From assembly GCA_963820045.1 (NCBI GenBank), contig CAWFYN010000007.1:21832-85831 (forward strand): a stretch of 64,000 nt of DNA, read 5' to 3'. A model generated the notes under the pieces. It saw only the letters and a program-made list of their open reading frames with translations. It ran no database searches and was not told the origin of the DNA. The translations under genes and the position numbers were made by a program. Below are positions 1 to 10,138 of this stretch, in pieces. Position 1 is the first letter of the stretch. The number at the start of each line of letters is the position of its first letter. This DNA is from an uncultured Actinomycetota bacterium (lineage in GTDB: Bacteria; Actinomycetota; Actinomycetes; Mycobacteriales; Mycobacteriaceae).

Positions 1-1782
1 CTCGAGCATCGGCAGCTCGACCTGTTGTCCCGAACCGGTGCGTTCCGCGAAGTGCAGCGCGGCCAGCACGGCGAACGCGGCGTGCACGCCGGCCAGCGGA
101 TCGCAGGCTCCCCGCGGCGTCACCGGCGGGGCATCGGGTAGCCCGGTCACCCAGGCCAGGCCGGCTATCTGCTCCATGGTGGGGGCGAATCCGACTCGAT
201 CCCGCCACGGCCCATCCAGCCCGAACGCCGGCATCCGGGCGACGACGAGCCTGGGGTTGACGTTCAGCAGCACGTCGGCGGTCAGGCCGAACTGGTCCAT
301 CACCCGCGGTGAGAAGTTCTCGATCACCACGTCGGCGCCGGCGGCCAGCTCGGTGAACAGGCGGCGCCCCTCCGCCGAGCCCAAATCCACTGTGACGGAA
401 CGCTTGTTGGTGTTCATGGCGTGGAACACCCAGCCGTACTCCCACCAATCCTCGACGTCGGTGCGCATGCCGCCCGAGTATCGGATGCCGTCGGGCCGCT
501 GTATCGACTCGACCTTGACGACGTCGGCGCCGAAAGCGGCCAGCAGGTGGGTCGCCGCGGGACCGGCCCAGAACGCGGTCAGGTCGACTATGCGCACACC
601 GGCCAGGGGCAGCCCTTGCGGCGCCGAGCGTACCGCGGGTTCTCTTCGGGTCCAGGGGGTTTCGCCGTTCCCCTCACCGATAGCGGGGGTGGCCCGCGGA
701 GGCGCGGGCGCGCACGCCGACATCAGCCACGGCGCGCGGGGCTGGTGAAATCCGGCGGGGTTGGGGATGAATGCCCCGCGCTGGCTCACGTACTCCATGT
801 CCCGGATCGTGGAGCCGTTGCCAAGCGCCGCGATCGGCAGGCGGAACAGTTGGCCGAACTCGACGATTTCCTCGACGGTCCGTTCGGCCAGCCATGGGCC
901 GATCTGTTCGCGGATCAGGTCACGGTAGGCCCACCGGCCGATCTGAAAGCGGAGCTGTTCGATCTCCTCGAGCTGCGGGCATTCGACCATCGCGAGGAAG
1001 TCCAGCCATTGCTGGCCGGTGACCATGGTGATCCCGACGTAGCCGTCCTTGGCGGGCTCGATCGATGGCACTTCGAGCGTGCGGCGGATCGGGGGCACCC
1101 GCAGCAGCTGGGAGTGCAGCCATTCGCTGCTCTGCATCGCGGTCAACGCCTCGAGCATGGACAGATCGAGGTGCTCACCGGGGCCACCGCGCTCGACTCG
1201 GCGGCACACGGCCAGTGCGCCGAAGGCGGCGTAGACCCCACCCATGTACTCCCCCAGCTCGCCGCCGATGGAGATGGGCGGCCCGGCGGGATCGCCGCGG
1301 AAGCCGGGCGAGCCCGCCCACGCTTGCAGGGTGAACTCGCTGGCGGCCCGGTCGGCGTACGGCCCGGTCCAGCCGAAGTCAGAGATTGTGACGATGATTG
1401 CCCGCGGCGAGGCTGCCAGCAGCCGCTGCGGATCGACGCCCAGCGCCGCGGCCTGCGCCCGGCCGGCCGTGACCACCACCACGTCCGCGGCGGCCAGTAA
1501 CTCGCGAAATCGCGCCGAACCTTCAGCAGTCGCGGGGTAGGTCAAGCTGCGCTTGCCGGCATTGAGGTAGGCGAAAAACGGCGAGCTCTCCCCGTCTGCC
1601 ACCGGCGATCGCGTCGCGGAATACCGGCGGAGCCAATCTCCTTGCGGCGGTTCGATCTTGCACACCTGCGCTCCGGCGTCGGCCAGCAGCTTCCCGCAGT
1701 AGCCGCCGGCGATCCGGTCACTGATCTCGACGACACGCAGGTCATGCAGCGGTGTGGGGTGGCTGTCGGACCGCTCGCTCAC
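1..1782 (-). CDS. CaiB/BaiF family III CoA transferase with two tandem domains, 3' end runs off window
   Basis: GTG at 1782 gives MSERSDSHPTPLHDLRVVEISDRIAGGYCGKLLADAGAQVCKIEP; second domain in the same frame at 597, VRIVDLTAFWAGPAATHLLAAFGADVVKVES..NTNKRSV. Absent from ORF track because it has no stop in the window. Confidence 0.9.
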   Translation of the reverse strand, partial: MSERSDSHPTPLHDLRVVEISDRIAGGYCGKLLADAGAQVCKIEPPQGDWLRRYSATRSPVADGESSPFFAYLNAGKRSLTYPATAEGSARFRELLAAADVVVVTAGRAQAAALGVDPQRLLAASPRAIIVTISDFGWTGPYADRAASEFTLQAWAGSPGFRGDPAGPPISIGGELGEYMGGVYAAFGALAVCRRVERGGPGEHLDLSMLEALTAMQSSEWLHSQLLRVPPIRRTLEVPSIEPAKDGYVGITMVTGQQWLDFLAMVECPQLEEIEQLRFQIGRWAYRDLIREQIGPWLAERTVEEIVEFGQLFRLPIAALGNGSTIRDMEYVSQRGAFIPNPAGFHQPRAPWLMSACAPAPPRATPAIGEGNGETPWTRREPAVRSAPQGLPLAGVRIVDLTAFWAGPAATHLLAAFGADVVKVESIQRPDGIRYSGGMRTDVEDWWEYGWVFHAMNTNKRSVTVDLGSAEGRRLFTELAAGADVVIENFSPRVMDQFGLTADVLLNVNPRLVVARMPAFGLDGPWRDRVGFAPTMEQIAGLAWVTGLPDAPPVTPRGACDPLAGVHAAFAVLAALHFAERTGSGQQVELPMLE

Positions 1783-1818
1783 TTACACCCGCCCTCCCGA
1801 CCGACACGCGACCGAAGA

Positions 1819-1849
1819 AGCTATTTATACCATTACTGCTAAAATAGCT
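1819..1849. promoter_or_regulatory. Inverted repeat AGCTATTT-N15-AAATAGCT in divergent CoA-transferase/gntR promoter; candidate GntR operator
   Basis: 8-bp arms in an AT-rich patch between divergent genes. Confidence 0.45.
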
Positions 1850-1881
1850 AAGCCAGCGAGTTGGTTTGTTTCGAGGATCGG

Positions 1882-2703
1882 ATGACCGCCTTGGGAATTG
1901 GGAGCGACGCCCGTCGCCGATTGTCCGCGCCGCGGATCGCAGAAATCGTAGCCGACGAGTTGCGCCGCCAAATCATCAACGGCGAGCTCGCCGACGGCGA
2001 TCTGTTGCCACGCCAAGAGGTGCTCGTCGAGCAGTTCAGCGTGAGCCTGGTTTCGCTGCGGGAGGCGCTGCGGATCCTGGAAACCGAGGGGCTGGTTTCG
2101 GTTCGGCGCGGAAATCGAGGTGGCGCCGTCGTGCACGCCCCGGCGAAGACCAGCGCCGCGTACATGCTCGGATTACTACTGCAGAGCGAGTCCGTGGCGG
2201 TCGCCGACCTCGGCATGGCGTTGCAGGAGCTCGAGCCCGCCTGCGCCGCGCTGGCCGCCCGGCGGCCAGACCGGGCGGACACCTTGGTTCCAGAGCTCAA
2301 CCGGGTCAACGAGTCCATGGCCGAAAACATCGAGGACGGCGGGCTGTTCACCGAAATCGGTCGTGAATTCCACGATCTCGTGGTCCGCGGCTGCGGAAAT
2401 CACACCATCATCGCGGTGGTCGGCAGCTTGGAGACGCTGTGGACCAGCCACGAACAGCAGTGGGCGGACGAGAGCGCGGCGCGCGGCACCTACCCCTCGT
2501 TGGCTCAACGCCGTGCGGTGCTCAGCACGCACGTCAAGCTGACCGAGACCATCGCGGAGGGGGACGTCGACCGGGCGCGCCGCATCGCGGGTCGCCATCT
2601 CGCCGACACCCAGACCTACGTGCTCTCCGGTCGGCACGATCAACGAATCCACGCGCAGTCTCCGCAGGCGCTGTCGCGCACGCGGGATTTCCGCCAACCC
2701 TGA
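1882..2703 (+). CDS. GntR/FadR family transcriptional regulator
   Basis: wHTH LPRQEVLVEQFSVSLVSLREALRILETEGLV plus FCD-like C-terminus; ATG 1882 preferred over TTG 1861. Confidence 0.9.
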   Translation: MTALGIGSDARRRLSAPRIAEIVADELRRQIINGELADGDLLPRQEVLVEQFSVSLVSLREALRILETEGLVSVRRGNRGGAVVHAPAKTSAAYMLGLLLQSESVAVADLGMALQELEPACAALAARRPDRADTLVPELNRVNESMAENIEDGGLFTEIGREFHDLVVRGCGNHTIIAVVGSLETLWTSHEQQWADESAARGTYPSLAQRRAVLSTHVKLTETIAEGDVDRARRIAGRHLADTQTYVLSGRHDQRIHAQSPQALSRTRDFRQP

Positions 2704-2713
2704 GAGGCAGCCC

Positions 2714-3433
2714 TTGAGAACCGCATTGGTCACCGGCGGCAGCGGCGGGATCGGAAAAGGGTGCGGTCGCAAGTTGGTCGAGCTGGGTTACGACGTGGTG
2801 CTGGCGGCGCGCCGCGAGGCTCCGTTGCGCGCGGCCGCCGAGGAGCTCGGTGCGCGCCATATCGTGGCCGATGCGTCGGATCCGGACGGATTCTCCGCTG
2901 CGACAAGCGCCTTGGAGACTATCGACCTCGTCGTCCACGCGGCCGGCACGCTGGGCGGGACGTACGCGCGCAAGCAGACGTTCGAGCAATGGCGGACGAT
3001 CATTTCGGCCAACCTGGATTCGTGCTTCGTGGTGACGGCCGCCGCGCTGCCAAGGATGCGCGCGGGTTCGCGGTTCGTGTTCGTGTCGTCGTCGGCGGCG
3101 CACGAGCCGATGATGGCCCGGACCGCCTACTCGGCGTCGAAGGCCGGCATGAATGCGTTCGCCCGCGCCCTGGCGCTGGAAGTCGACCGGGACGGCATCA
3201 GCGTCCACATCGTCACGCCGGGCCCGGTGGAAACCGACATGTTGTCCGACGTCCCCTTCGAGATGTACGCGATTCAGGTCTCCGATGTCGCGGATGCGGT
3301 CGCCTGGCTGGACACGGTCGACCCGTCGGTCGACCTGCCGGAGATCCGGCTCAACGCGGTGCAGCGCGGACCCTACGCCCGGCCGCCGGTCGTTCCCACC
3401 GAAGCGCGGCGGCGCGCCGCGCAACGGGGGTGA
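2714..3433 (+). CDS. Short-chain dehydrogenase/reductase
   Basis: TGGSGGIG and YSASK motifs. Confidence 0.9.
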   Translation: MRTALVTGGSGGIGKGCGRKLVELGYDVVLAARREAPLRAAAEELGARHIVADASDPDGFSAATSALETIDLVVHAAGTLGGTYARKQTFEQWRTIISANLDSCFVVTAAALPRMRAGSRFVFVSSSAAHEPMMARTAYSASKAGMNAFARALALEVDRDGISVHIVTPGPVETDMLSDVPFEMYAIQVSDVADAVAWLDTVDPSVDLPEIRLNAVQRGPYARPPVVPTEARRRAAQRG

Positions 3434-3436
3434 CGG

Positions 3437-4294
3437 TCACGGTGCCGGGAAAGCCTTGATCACCGATTCGCCGAACTCATGCAGCGAATCGGGCACCGCG
3501 AAATCGGCGAACCATACGTAGAACCGCTCGACGCGCTGGGCGGCCAGCCCGGTGAAGTGGGCGATGAGCTCGTCGGCATCGCCGCAGACCAGCCCCGAGC
3601 CCAGGTTGCCGAATCGCCGCATGCTCACCTCGCGCACGGTCTCGGGATCGGTGCCCGTCCGCACGAACCCCACCATCTGCTGCACCGAGAGCCGGGCCGT
3701 TCCGGCCCGCGGGGCCAGCTCGGGCAGCTTGTCGAGATGGTTCGCGGGCAGGTTCCACCAATCCGCGTGTTTGCGAACGAGTTCCATCATCCGGCGCCCG
3801 GTACCGCCCAGGACCAGAGGTATCGGATGAGACCTGCGCGGGGCTTGCGGAGCCGAGCCGGCCTGCGGATCGTCACCCCAGTACTGCCGCAGCAGCGCGA
3901 GGTGCCGATCCAGCTGTTCGACCCTGGCCACCGGATCCTGCTGTCCGACACCGAATCTGGCGAACTCCGCGGGCCAGGATCCCGCACCCAGGCCTAGATC
4001 GAATCGGCCCTCCGACGCGTCCGACAAGGTGACGGCCTGTTTGGCCAGCACGGCCGGGTGGCGAAACGCGTCGCACAGCACCAAGTGGCCGATCCGCAGA
4101 CGCTCCGTCTTCGCCGCCACCCAGCCGGCAATGCCCATTGCCTCCCAGATGCTTTCATCGGGCAGACCCGGCGCCTCGAGGTGATCGATGAACGCGATGC
4201 CGTCGAACCCGCCGGCCTCGGCGTGGCGCGCCCGCTCGGCGATGTCGGCCGCCGACAGCCGCACCTGCGGCAGGAACAGATACCACTCGACCAT
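3437..4294 (-). CDS. LLM (luciferase-like) flavin/F420-dependent oxidoreductase
   Basis: AEAGGFDGIAFIDH, LRIGHLVL..FRHPAVLAKQAVTL, GRFDLGLGAG. Confidence 0.88.
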   Translation of the reverse strand: MVEWYLFLPQVRLSAADIAERARHAEAGGFDGIAFIDHLEAPGLPDESIWEAMGIAGWVAAKTERLRIGHLVLCDAFRHPAVLAKQAVTLSDASEGRFDLGLGAGSWPAEFARFGVGQQDPVARVEQLDRHLALLRQYWGDDPQAGSAPQAPRRSHPIPLVLGGTGRRMMELVRKHADWWNLPANHLDKLPELAPRAGTARLSVQQMVGFVRTGTDPETVREVSMRRFGNLGSGLVCGDADELIAHFTGLAAQRVERFYVWFADFAVPDSLHEFGESVIKAFPAP

Positions 4295-4340
4295 GCATCC
4301 ACCTATGCGTATGTTCCCGTGCCGTTGCGAACAGGGGCGC

Positions 4341-4362
4341 TAGTTTACTATTTTTATTATGT
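4341..4362. promoter_or_regulatory. AT-rich divergent promoter with TAGT-TT-ACTA palindrome (FadR-type TNGT-Nx-ACNA)
   Basis: tagtttactatttttattatgt between LLM gene and ACAD operon. Confidence 0.4.
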
Positions 4363-4372
4363 TAGGGGTCTT

Positions 4373-5446
4373 ATGGATGTCGGACTGAATTCGGAGCAGC
4401 TGTCGCTGCGCGACACCGTGCGCGGCATCCTACGAGCCGAGTGCCCGCCCGACGCCGCTCGCCAGGCGATGACGGACCCGGAGCGCTGGCGGACGCTGTG
4501 GAAGACGGTCGTGGATCTGGGTTGGACGGAACTGGCCGCTCCCGGGGCGGGCGACTACGGACCGGTTGAGCTGGCCGTGGTGCTCGAGGAATGTGGCGGC
4601 GCCCTCGCGCCGATCCCGCTGTTGAGCAGTGTCGGTCTGGCCGCCGGCGCGTTGCGGGGCACGGGCCTCGACGCGGTTCTCGACGACATCGCCGGCGGTG
4701 TCGTCGCCACCCTGGCCGTGCACACCAGGGGATCTCGGCTGCCCGGGGCACCGATGACGCTGCGCGGGGGGCGCCTGCGCGGGCGGGCGGTCGCGGTTCC
4801 CAACCTGTCCCGCTCCGAGCTGCTCGTCACGCTGGCGCGGGCCGACACCGGCCCCAGTGGCACAGTGGTGGCGGTCGCGCGCTGCGGCAACGGGGTGACC
4901 GTGATTGCGGGCGAGGCGACCGATCCCGCGCAACCGCTGGCAGACGTCGAGGTCGACGCCGAACCGTTGGCTACCGCGCCCGCCGATATCGATAAGGCGT
5001 TGACCGCGCCGTGGGTGGCCGCAGCCGCCGACCTGGTGGGCGCGGCGAGCGCCGTCTTGCACCGCTCCGTCGAGCACGCGAAGTCGCGTCGCCAGTTCGG
5101 CGCGCCGATCGGGGCGTTCCAGGGCATCAAGCATGCGCTGGCCGACAACTACGTCGGCTTGGAGCGTGCCCGCAGTCTGACCTACGCCGCGGCCGCGCGG
5201 CTGGGCGATCCGGACGTAGCGCCCGCGGAAGCCTGGACCACCGCGGCGCTGGCGAAGGCCGCGGCGGGTGACGCGGCGACCACCTGCGCGCGGACCGCGG
5301 TTCAGGTACACGGCGCGCTCGGGCAGACCTGGGAGCATGACGCCCACCTGTACGTCCGGCACGCGTGGCAGGCCGCCGCGATGCTGGGAGACAGCCGCGC
5401 GCTCTACCACGAGGTCGGCCGCCGCTTCGCCGGAGGCGCGAAATGA
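4373..5446 (+). CDS. Acyl-CoA dehydrogenase, short beta-type subunit
   Basis: ATG 4373 (MDVGLNSEQLSLRDTVR); RRQFGAPIGAFQGIKHALAD, QVHGALGQTWE. Confidence 0.9.
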   Translation: MDVGLNSEQLSLRDTVRGILRAECPPDAARQAMTDPERWRTLWKTVVDLGWTELAAPGAGDYGPVELAVVLEECGGALAPIPLLSSVGLAAGALRGTGLDAVLDDIAGGVVATLAVHTRGSRLPGAPMTLRGGRLRGRAVAVPNLSRSELLVTLARADTGPSGTVVAVARCGNGVTVIAGEATDPAQPLADVEVDAEPLATAPADIDKALTAPWVAAAADLVGAASAVLHRSVEHAKSRRQFGAPIGAFQGIKHALADNYVGLERARSLTYAAAARLGDPDVAPAEAWTTAALAKAAAGDAATTCARTAVQVHGALGQTWEHDAHLYVRHAWQAAAMLGDSRALYHEVGRRFAGGAK

Positions 5447-6540
5447 CGGCAGTGGTAGAGGAATTCGGCGCGTGGCTGGCGGACTTCTTGCCCAAGGACT
5501 ACTACGCGGACTATCGCCGATACCGCTGGGATCTGACGTTGCGGCGTGACTACCAACGGGCCGCCTTCGAGGCCGGGTGGATACAGCCGACCTGGCCCCG
5601 CGAGCACGGCGGTCGATCGCTGGGTTTGCGGGACGCGATGGAGGTTCGAATCGAGGCGGCGCTGCGGTCGGCGCCGAAACTACCCAACATTCAGGGTCCT
5701 GGCGTCGCCGCGCCCGGCATCCGGCAGTTCGGCACGCCCGACCAGATCGACCGCCTGCTGGTTCCGCTGTTGCGCGGTGACGAATGGTGGGCGCTGGGCA
5801 TGTCCGAGCCGGAAGCCGGCTCCGATTTCGCCGGGCTGCGCACGCGCGCCGAGCGTGACGGCGACGTATTTCGGGTGAACGGTCACAAGATATGGACCAC
5901 CCAGGCCCACGAGTCGCGGTGGTGCACCCTGTATGCCCGTACCGACCCGGCGGCGCCGAAGCACCGCGGCATTTCCTGCCTCATTCTCGACCTGCACGCG
6001 CCGGGGGTGCGGATCGAGCCCATCCGCATGGCGTCGATCTCCGACGAGACTTTCTGCGAGGTCTTCCTCGACGACGTCGAGGTGCCGGTGGAAAACCTGC
6101 TGGGGCCGCTCAACGGCGGGTGGAACGTCGCACTGTCCTCGCTGCACCATGAACGCCAAATGATCTGGATCATGAACTGGGTCGAGATCAAGCGCGGACT
6201 TGACTCGGTACGCAGGGCGCAGCCGACCGCCGATATCTGCACCGAGCTCGGTTCCCTGCTCGCCGACGCCGAAGCGTTGCGGGCCACCGGATACCGCGCA
6301 CTGGGCAACGAACTGGCGGGTCGGAGCAGCCCGGAGGCGGATACCATGAAACTGCTCGGATCGGTTACCTTGCAACGTGTTTGGGAACTCGCCGCCGTCG
6401 CCGAAGGAACCCAGTCACTTAGCGACCCGGATCTGCTCTTCGAACGCCAGGACGCGCTGGCCGCGACCATCTATGGCGGAACGTCGGAGGTCCAGCGCAA
6501 CATCATCGCCGAGCGGCTGCTCGGGCTGCCGAAGGGATGA
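5443..6540 (+). CDS. Acyl-CoA dehydrogenase, alpha-type subunit
   Basis: ATGA overlap; GMSEPEAGSD, NGHKIWTT, IYGGTSEVQRNII. Confidence 0.92.
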   Translation: MTAVVEEFGAWLADFLPKDYYADYRRYRWDLTLRRDYQRAAFEAGWIQPTWPREHGGRSLGLRDAMEVRIEAALRSAPKLPNIQGPGVAAPGIRQFGTPDQIDRLLVPLLRGDEWWALGMSEPEAGSDFAGLRTRAERDGDVFRVNGHKIWTTQAHESRWCTLYARTDPAAPKHRGISCLILDLHAPGVRIEPIRMASISDETFCEVFLDDVEVPVENLLGPLNGGWNVALSSLHHERQMIWIMNWVEIKRGLDSVRRAQPTADICTELGSLLADAEALRATGYRALGNELAGRSSPEADTMKLLGSVTLQRVWELAAVAEGTQSLSDPDLLFERQDALAATIYGGTSEVQRNIIAERLLGLPKG

Positions 6541-7694
6541 CGACGATGGATTACGACCTCGGCGACGACGCCGCACAATTGCGAAACCACCTGCGCGAGC
6601 TGGTATCCAACCACATCCCCGCCGACTTCCTCGGCGCCTGCACCGAGAACCCGCGTGACCTGGCCACCACCGAGACGTTCTGCAAACTACTGGCCGCCGA
6701 GGGCCTGCTGGCGCTGGCCTGGCCGAAAGAACATGGCGGCGGCGGCGGTTCGGTGTGGCAGCAGACGGTGCTGCGCGAGGAGATGTGGGCCCAGCACGAG
6801 CCCCGCGGACCCCAGTACATGGGTATCAACTGGGTGGGCCCGGCGCTGATGCGTTATGGAACGGCCGAGCAGAAGGCCAAGCACCTGTCGGCCATCGCCG
6901 CCGGTGACGTGATCTGGTGTCAGGGCTTTTCCGAGCCGGAGGCCGGGACCGACCTCGCCTCGTTGCGCACCCGCGCGGTGCCGGACGGGGACGGTTGGCG
7001 CATCACCGGCCAGAAGGTGTGGACGTCGTACGCGCTGATGGCATCCTGGTGTGTGCTGGCGGCGTGCACCGATCCCGACGCCCCAAAGCCCAAGCGGCTC
7101 ACCCTGTTTCTGGTTCCGATGGACCGGCCAGGCTTCACCGTCCGGCCGATCGGGTCAATGCTGGGGCCGCATCACCTCAACGAGATGTTCCTGGACGACG
7201 TGCAGGCGTTTCCCGGCGATGTCCTCGGCGACGTCGGCGACGGCTGGCGGGTGATGCGCGAAGCGCTGGCATTCGAGCGGGTGGGCATCGCCCGCTACGC
7301 GCGGTGTGAGTCGCTGCTAGAGCGGATGCGCGCACAGCTCGGCGACGACTGGGGCGCTCTGCCCGAATCACTTCGCTCGCGGTGGGTGCGGGCGCTCGTC
7401 GATCTCCGGGTGGCCAGGCTGCTGGCCTATCGAGCCGTGTCACTCCAGGATGACCCCGCGGCGGGCGCGGCAGCCAGCGCGGCCCGCATCGCGACCACGA
7501 CGTGCGACCAGCAAGTCGCCGAGCTGCTTTTCGACGTGCTGGGCCCCGTCGCGCTGGACAGCGGCGCCGGCGCACCGCTGCACGGGGCGATCGAGGACCA
7601 TTGGCGTTACGCACAGGCGGCCACCGTGGCATCGGGCACCATCGAAGTGCAGAAGATGTTGGTGGCCCGGGACGTGTTGGGAGAGCACCGGTGA
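6537..7694 (+). CDS. Acyl-CoA dehydrogenase, alpha-type subunit
   Basis: GFSEPEAGTD, GQKVWTS, ASGTIEVQK. Confidence 0.92.
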   Translation: MTTMDYDLGDDAAQLRNHLRELVSNHIPADFLGACTENPRDLATTETFCKLLAAEGLLALAWPKEHGGGGGSVWQQTVLREEMWAQHEPRGPQYMGINWVGPALMRYGTAEQKAKHLSAIAAGDVIWCQGFSEPEAGTDLASLRTRAVPDGDGWRITGQKVWTSYALMASWCVLAACTDPDAPKPKRLTLFLVPMDRPGFTVRPIGSMLGPHHLNEMFLDDVQAFPGDVLGDVGDGWRVMREALAFERVGIARYARCESLLERMRAQLGDDWGALPESLRSRWVRALVDLRVARLLAYRAVSLQDDPAAGAAASAARIATTTCDQQVAELLFDVLGPVALDSGAGAPLHGAIEDHWRYAQAATVASGTIEVQKMLVARDVLGEHR

Positions 7695-8626
7695 AAACCG
7701 ATTTGCCACAAGACATCAGCGACTTCGCCGCGGTCGCGGCCAAGCGACTCGGCCGGCTGGGCGGGCCGCCGGCGGCGTTGCGCGCCGAGACCGACGACGG
7801 CGTCCGGGACGCCGCGCGCACGGCCCTGGCCGAAGTCGGCGCGTTCGAACTCGATGTCCGGTCGGACCCGGATGACCTGCTGGCCGCCGCCGTGCTCTGC
7901 CGGGCCGCCGGCGCAACCGTGTTGCCCTACCCCCTTGTCGAAGAGTTGCTGGCGATCGACGGCGCCCGCCTCGCTTTGGTCAACCCGGCGGCCCCGCGCA
8001 TCGACCATGGCGACCTCCCCGGTGACTGGATCGCCGCGGACCTGGACGGCACCCGGTACCAGCCGCGCCCGGCGTCGCGGACCACCGCCAAACTCGGGCC
8101 GTTTTTGGTGCCGGCTTCCCTCGGCGCACCCGATGGAACTGTTCCGGCCGACGACGTTAACCTTCATCTCGTGCTGGGGTCATGGCGGATTCTGGGATCG
8201 ATGCAGCAGGCGCTGCGGATCGTCACTGATCATGTGCGCGCCCGCGTCCAGTTCGGTAAGCCGCTGGCGGATTTCCAGGCCGTCAGGTTCGCCGTCGCGG
8301 AGGCTGCCGTCGCCGTGCGGGGGCTGTACGAATTGGCGAAATTCACTGTCTGCCGGCCGGAATCGCTACCGATACAGATCCGCTCCGCGGACGCACTCGT
8401 CCTTCGGCTCAAGGCATCCGACACCGCGCGGCAGATCCTACGCACCTCCCACCAGTTGCTCGGCGCTCTGGGTTTTTGCGACGAATCCGACGTGAGTGTG
8501 CTCGACCGACACACCCAGCCCCTGATCCGGTTGCCGCTGGGCGCCGAGGCGCTCGCGTTGCGCCTGATCCGGGGCGTCCCGGACGGCTCCCTGGAGACGC
8601 TGTTCAGCGGGCCGGTATCGGCGTGA
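7691..8626 (+). CDS. Acyl-CoA dehydrogenase, short beta-type subunit
   Basis: GTGA overlap; RVQFGKPLADFQAVR, HQLLGALGFCDE. Confidence 0.88.
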   Translation: MKTDLPQDISDFAAVAAKRLGRLGGPPAALRAETDDGVRDAARTALAEVGAFELDVRSDPDDLLAAAVLCRAAGATVLPYPLVEELLAIDGARLALVNPAAPRIDHGDLPGDWIAADLDGTRYQPRPASRTTAKLGPFLVPASLGAPDGTVPADDVNLHLVLGSWRILGSMQQALRIVTDHVRARVQFGKPLADFQAVRFAVAEAAVAVRGLYELAKFTVCRPESLPIQIRSADALVLRLKASDTARQILRTSHQLLGALGFCDESDVSVLDRHTQPLIRLPLGAEALALRLIRGVPDGSLETLFSGPVSA

Positions 8627-10119
8627 GCGAATCCGCCGCGGCCGAAGTGGCTGCCAACCCGTTAGCGGACGGGATCCCGTTCGGGGTCAAGCTTCAGGAG
8701 CTCGCCGAGCAGCGTCCAGACGACACTGGGCTGACGATCGTCGCCCTCGACGGGACCGCGCAGTCGCTGACGTTCGGTGAACTCGACGCCCGCGCCAACC
8801 AGTGGGGCCGGGCGCTGGCCGCCCACCGCGCCGAGACCGGTTCCCTTGTCGCGCTGGCCATTCCCAACTCGCAGCACCTCGTGCTGGCGACGCTGGGGTG
8901 CTGGAAGATCGGCGCCGTTCCCGTGCCCATGCACTGGGACCTGCCCGAGTGGGAGCGCGACAGGGTACGCGAGGTGATCAACCCCGCGGTGGTCGTCGAC
9001 GAGGCGAGTCGATGGCGCCTCGAGGCGCGAGCGGCGGCCGAGTCTGCCGACGCCCTGCCCGAGGCCGTCTCCCCCAACGTCAACGGCATCTGCAGCAGCG
9101 GTTCGACCGGCGTACCGAAAGTGATCCTCAGCCTGGCGCCGTCGCTGTGGACCCCTCAGCACGGCGAGCCGTTCCTGTCGAACTGGACGCCGGTGGCTCA
9201 GCCGCAGACCATCATGGTGCCCGCGCCGATGTATCACACCAACGGCTTCGCCACTTTTTTCTTCCTGCTGGCCGGTGACCATTTGGTGGTGCTGGAAAAG
9301 TTCGATGCCGCATTGGCTCTGGATGTGATCGAACGCTTCAAGATCACCAATTTCACGGCAACGCCCACGATGCTGGCGCGCATCGCGGCCCGACCGGACG
9401 TTCGGCAGCGAGACCTGTCCAGCATCGTCTTCGTTCTGCAGGGCGCCGCCGTGATGCCGCCGGCGCTCATGCATACCTGGTTCGAACTGCTGAGCCCGCA
9501 GCAGATCGTGTCGGCATACGGCATGACCGAAAACCTTGGGCTCACCGCGTTGCGCGGTGACGAGTGGCTTGCCCATCCCGGCAGCGTCGGCCGCGGTTTC
9601 CGCGATACCGAGATCAGGATTCTCGACGCCGGAACGAAGCAGCTTGGCCCCGGCGAACACGGCGAGATCTATCTGCGCGCACCGATGAGCGCCGGGTCCC
9701 GCTATGTCGGCGGCGCGCCGCCCCTACCGTCGACCCAGGATGGCTTCCGCTCCGCCGGGGACATCGGCTATGTGGACGAGGACGGCTACCTCTACATCGT
9801 CGACCGCCGGGTCGACATGATCATCACCGGCGGCGCGAATGTGTTTCCGGCGGAAGTGGAGTCGGCTTTGGCGGGTCATCCCGGCATCGCCGACGTCGTC
9901 GTCATCGGCCTGGCCGACCCGCAGTGGGGACGTCGGGTGCACGCGGTCGTACAGCTCGCCGACGGCGCGGCGCTCACCGAAGGGCAGGTGATCGAGTACG
10001 CGAAGAGTCGGCTCGCCCACTACAAGGCCCCGAAGACAGTCGAGTTCGTCGACGCGATTCCCCGCACCGCGGCGACCAAGGTCAATCGTTCGGCCATGAT
10101 CGAGGCCCGGGGCGGCTGA
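8623..10119 (+). CDS. AMP-dependent acyl-CoA synthetase
   Basis: GTGA overlap; SSGSTGVPK, YGMTE, GDIG, DRRVDMIITGGANVFPAEVE. Confidence 0.92.
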   Translation: MSESAAAEVAANPLADGIPFGVKLQELAEQRPDDTGLTIVALDGTAQSLTFGELDARANQWGRALAAHRAETGSLVALAIPNSQHLVLATLGCWKIGAVPVPMHWDLPEWERDRVREVINPAVVVDEASRWRLEARAAAESADALPEAVSPNVNGICSSGSTGVPKVILSLAPSLWTPQHGEPFLSNWTPVAQPQTIMVPAPMYHTNGFATFFFLLAGDHLVVLEKFDAALALDVIERFKITNFTATPTMLARIAARPDVRQRDLSSIVFVLQGAAVMPPALMHTWFELLSPQQIVSAYGMTENLGLTALRGDEWLAHPGSVGRGFRDTEIRILDAGTKQLGPGEHGEIYLRAPMSAGSRYVGGAPPLPSTQDGFRSAGDIGYVDEDGYLYIVDRRVDMIITGGANVFPAEVESALAGHPGIADVVVIGLADPQWGRRVHAVVQLADGAALTEGQVIEYAKSRLAHYKAPKTVEFVDAIPRTAATKVNRSAMIEARGG

Positions 10120-10138
10120 GGGGTCCGGCGCCGAAACG

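Noticed and set aside
421-1500. 359-aa plus-strand ORF
   Set aside because: Shadow of the minus-strand CoA transferase, which carries the family motifs
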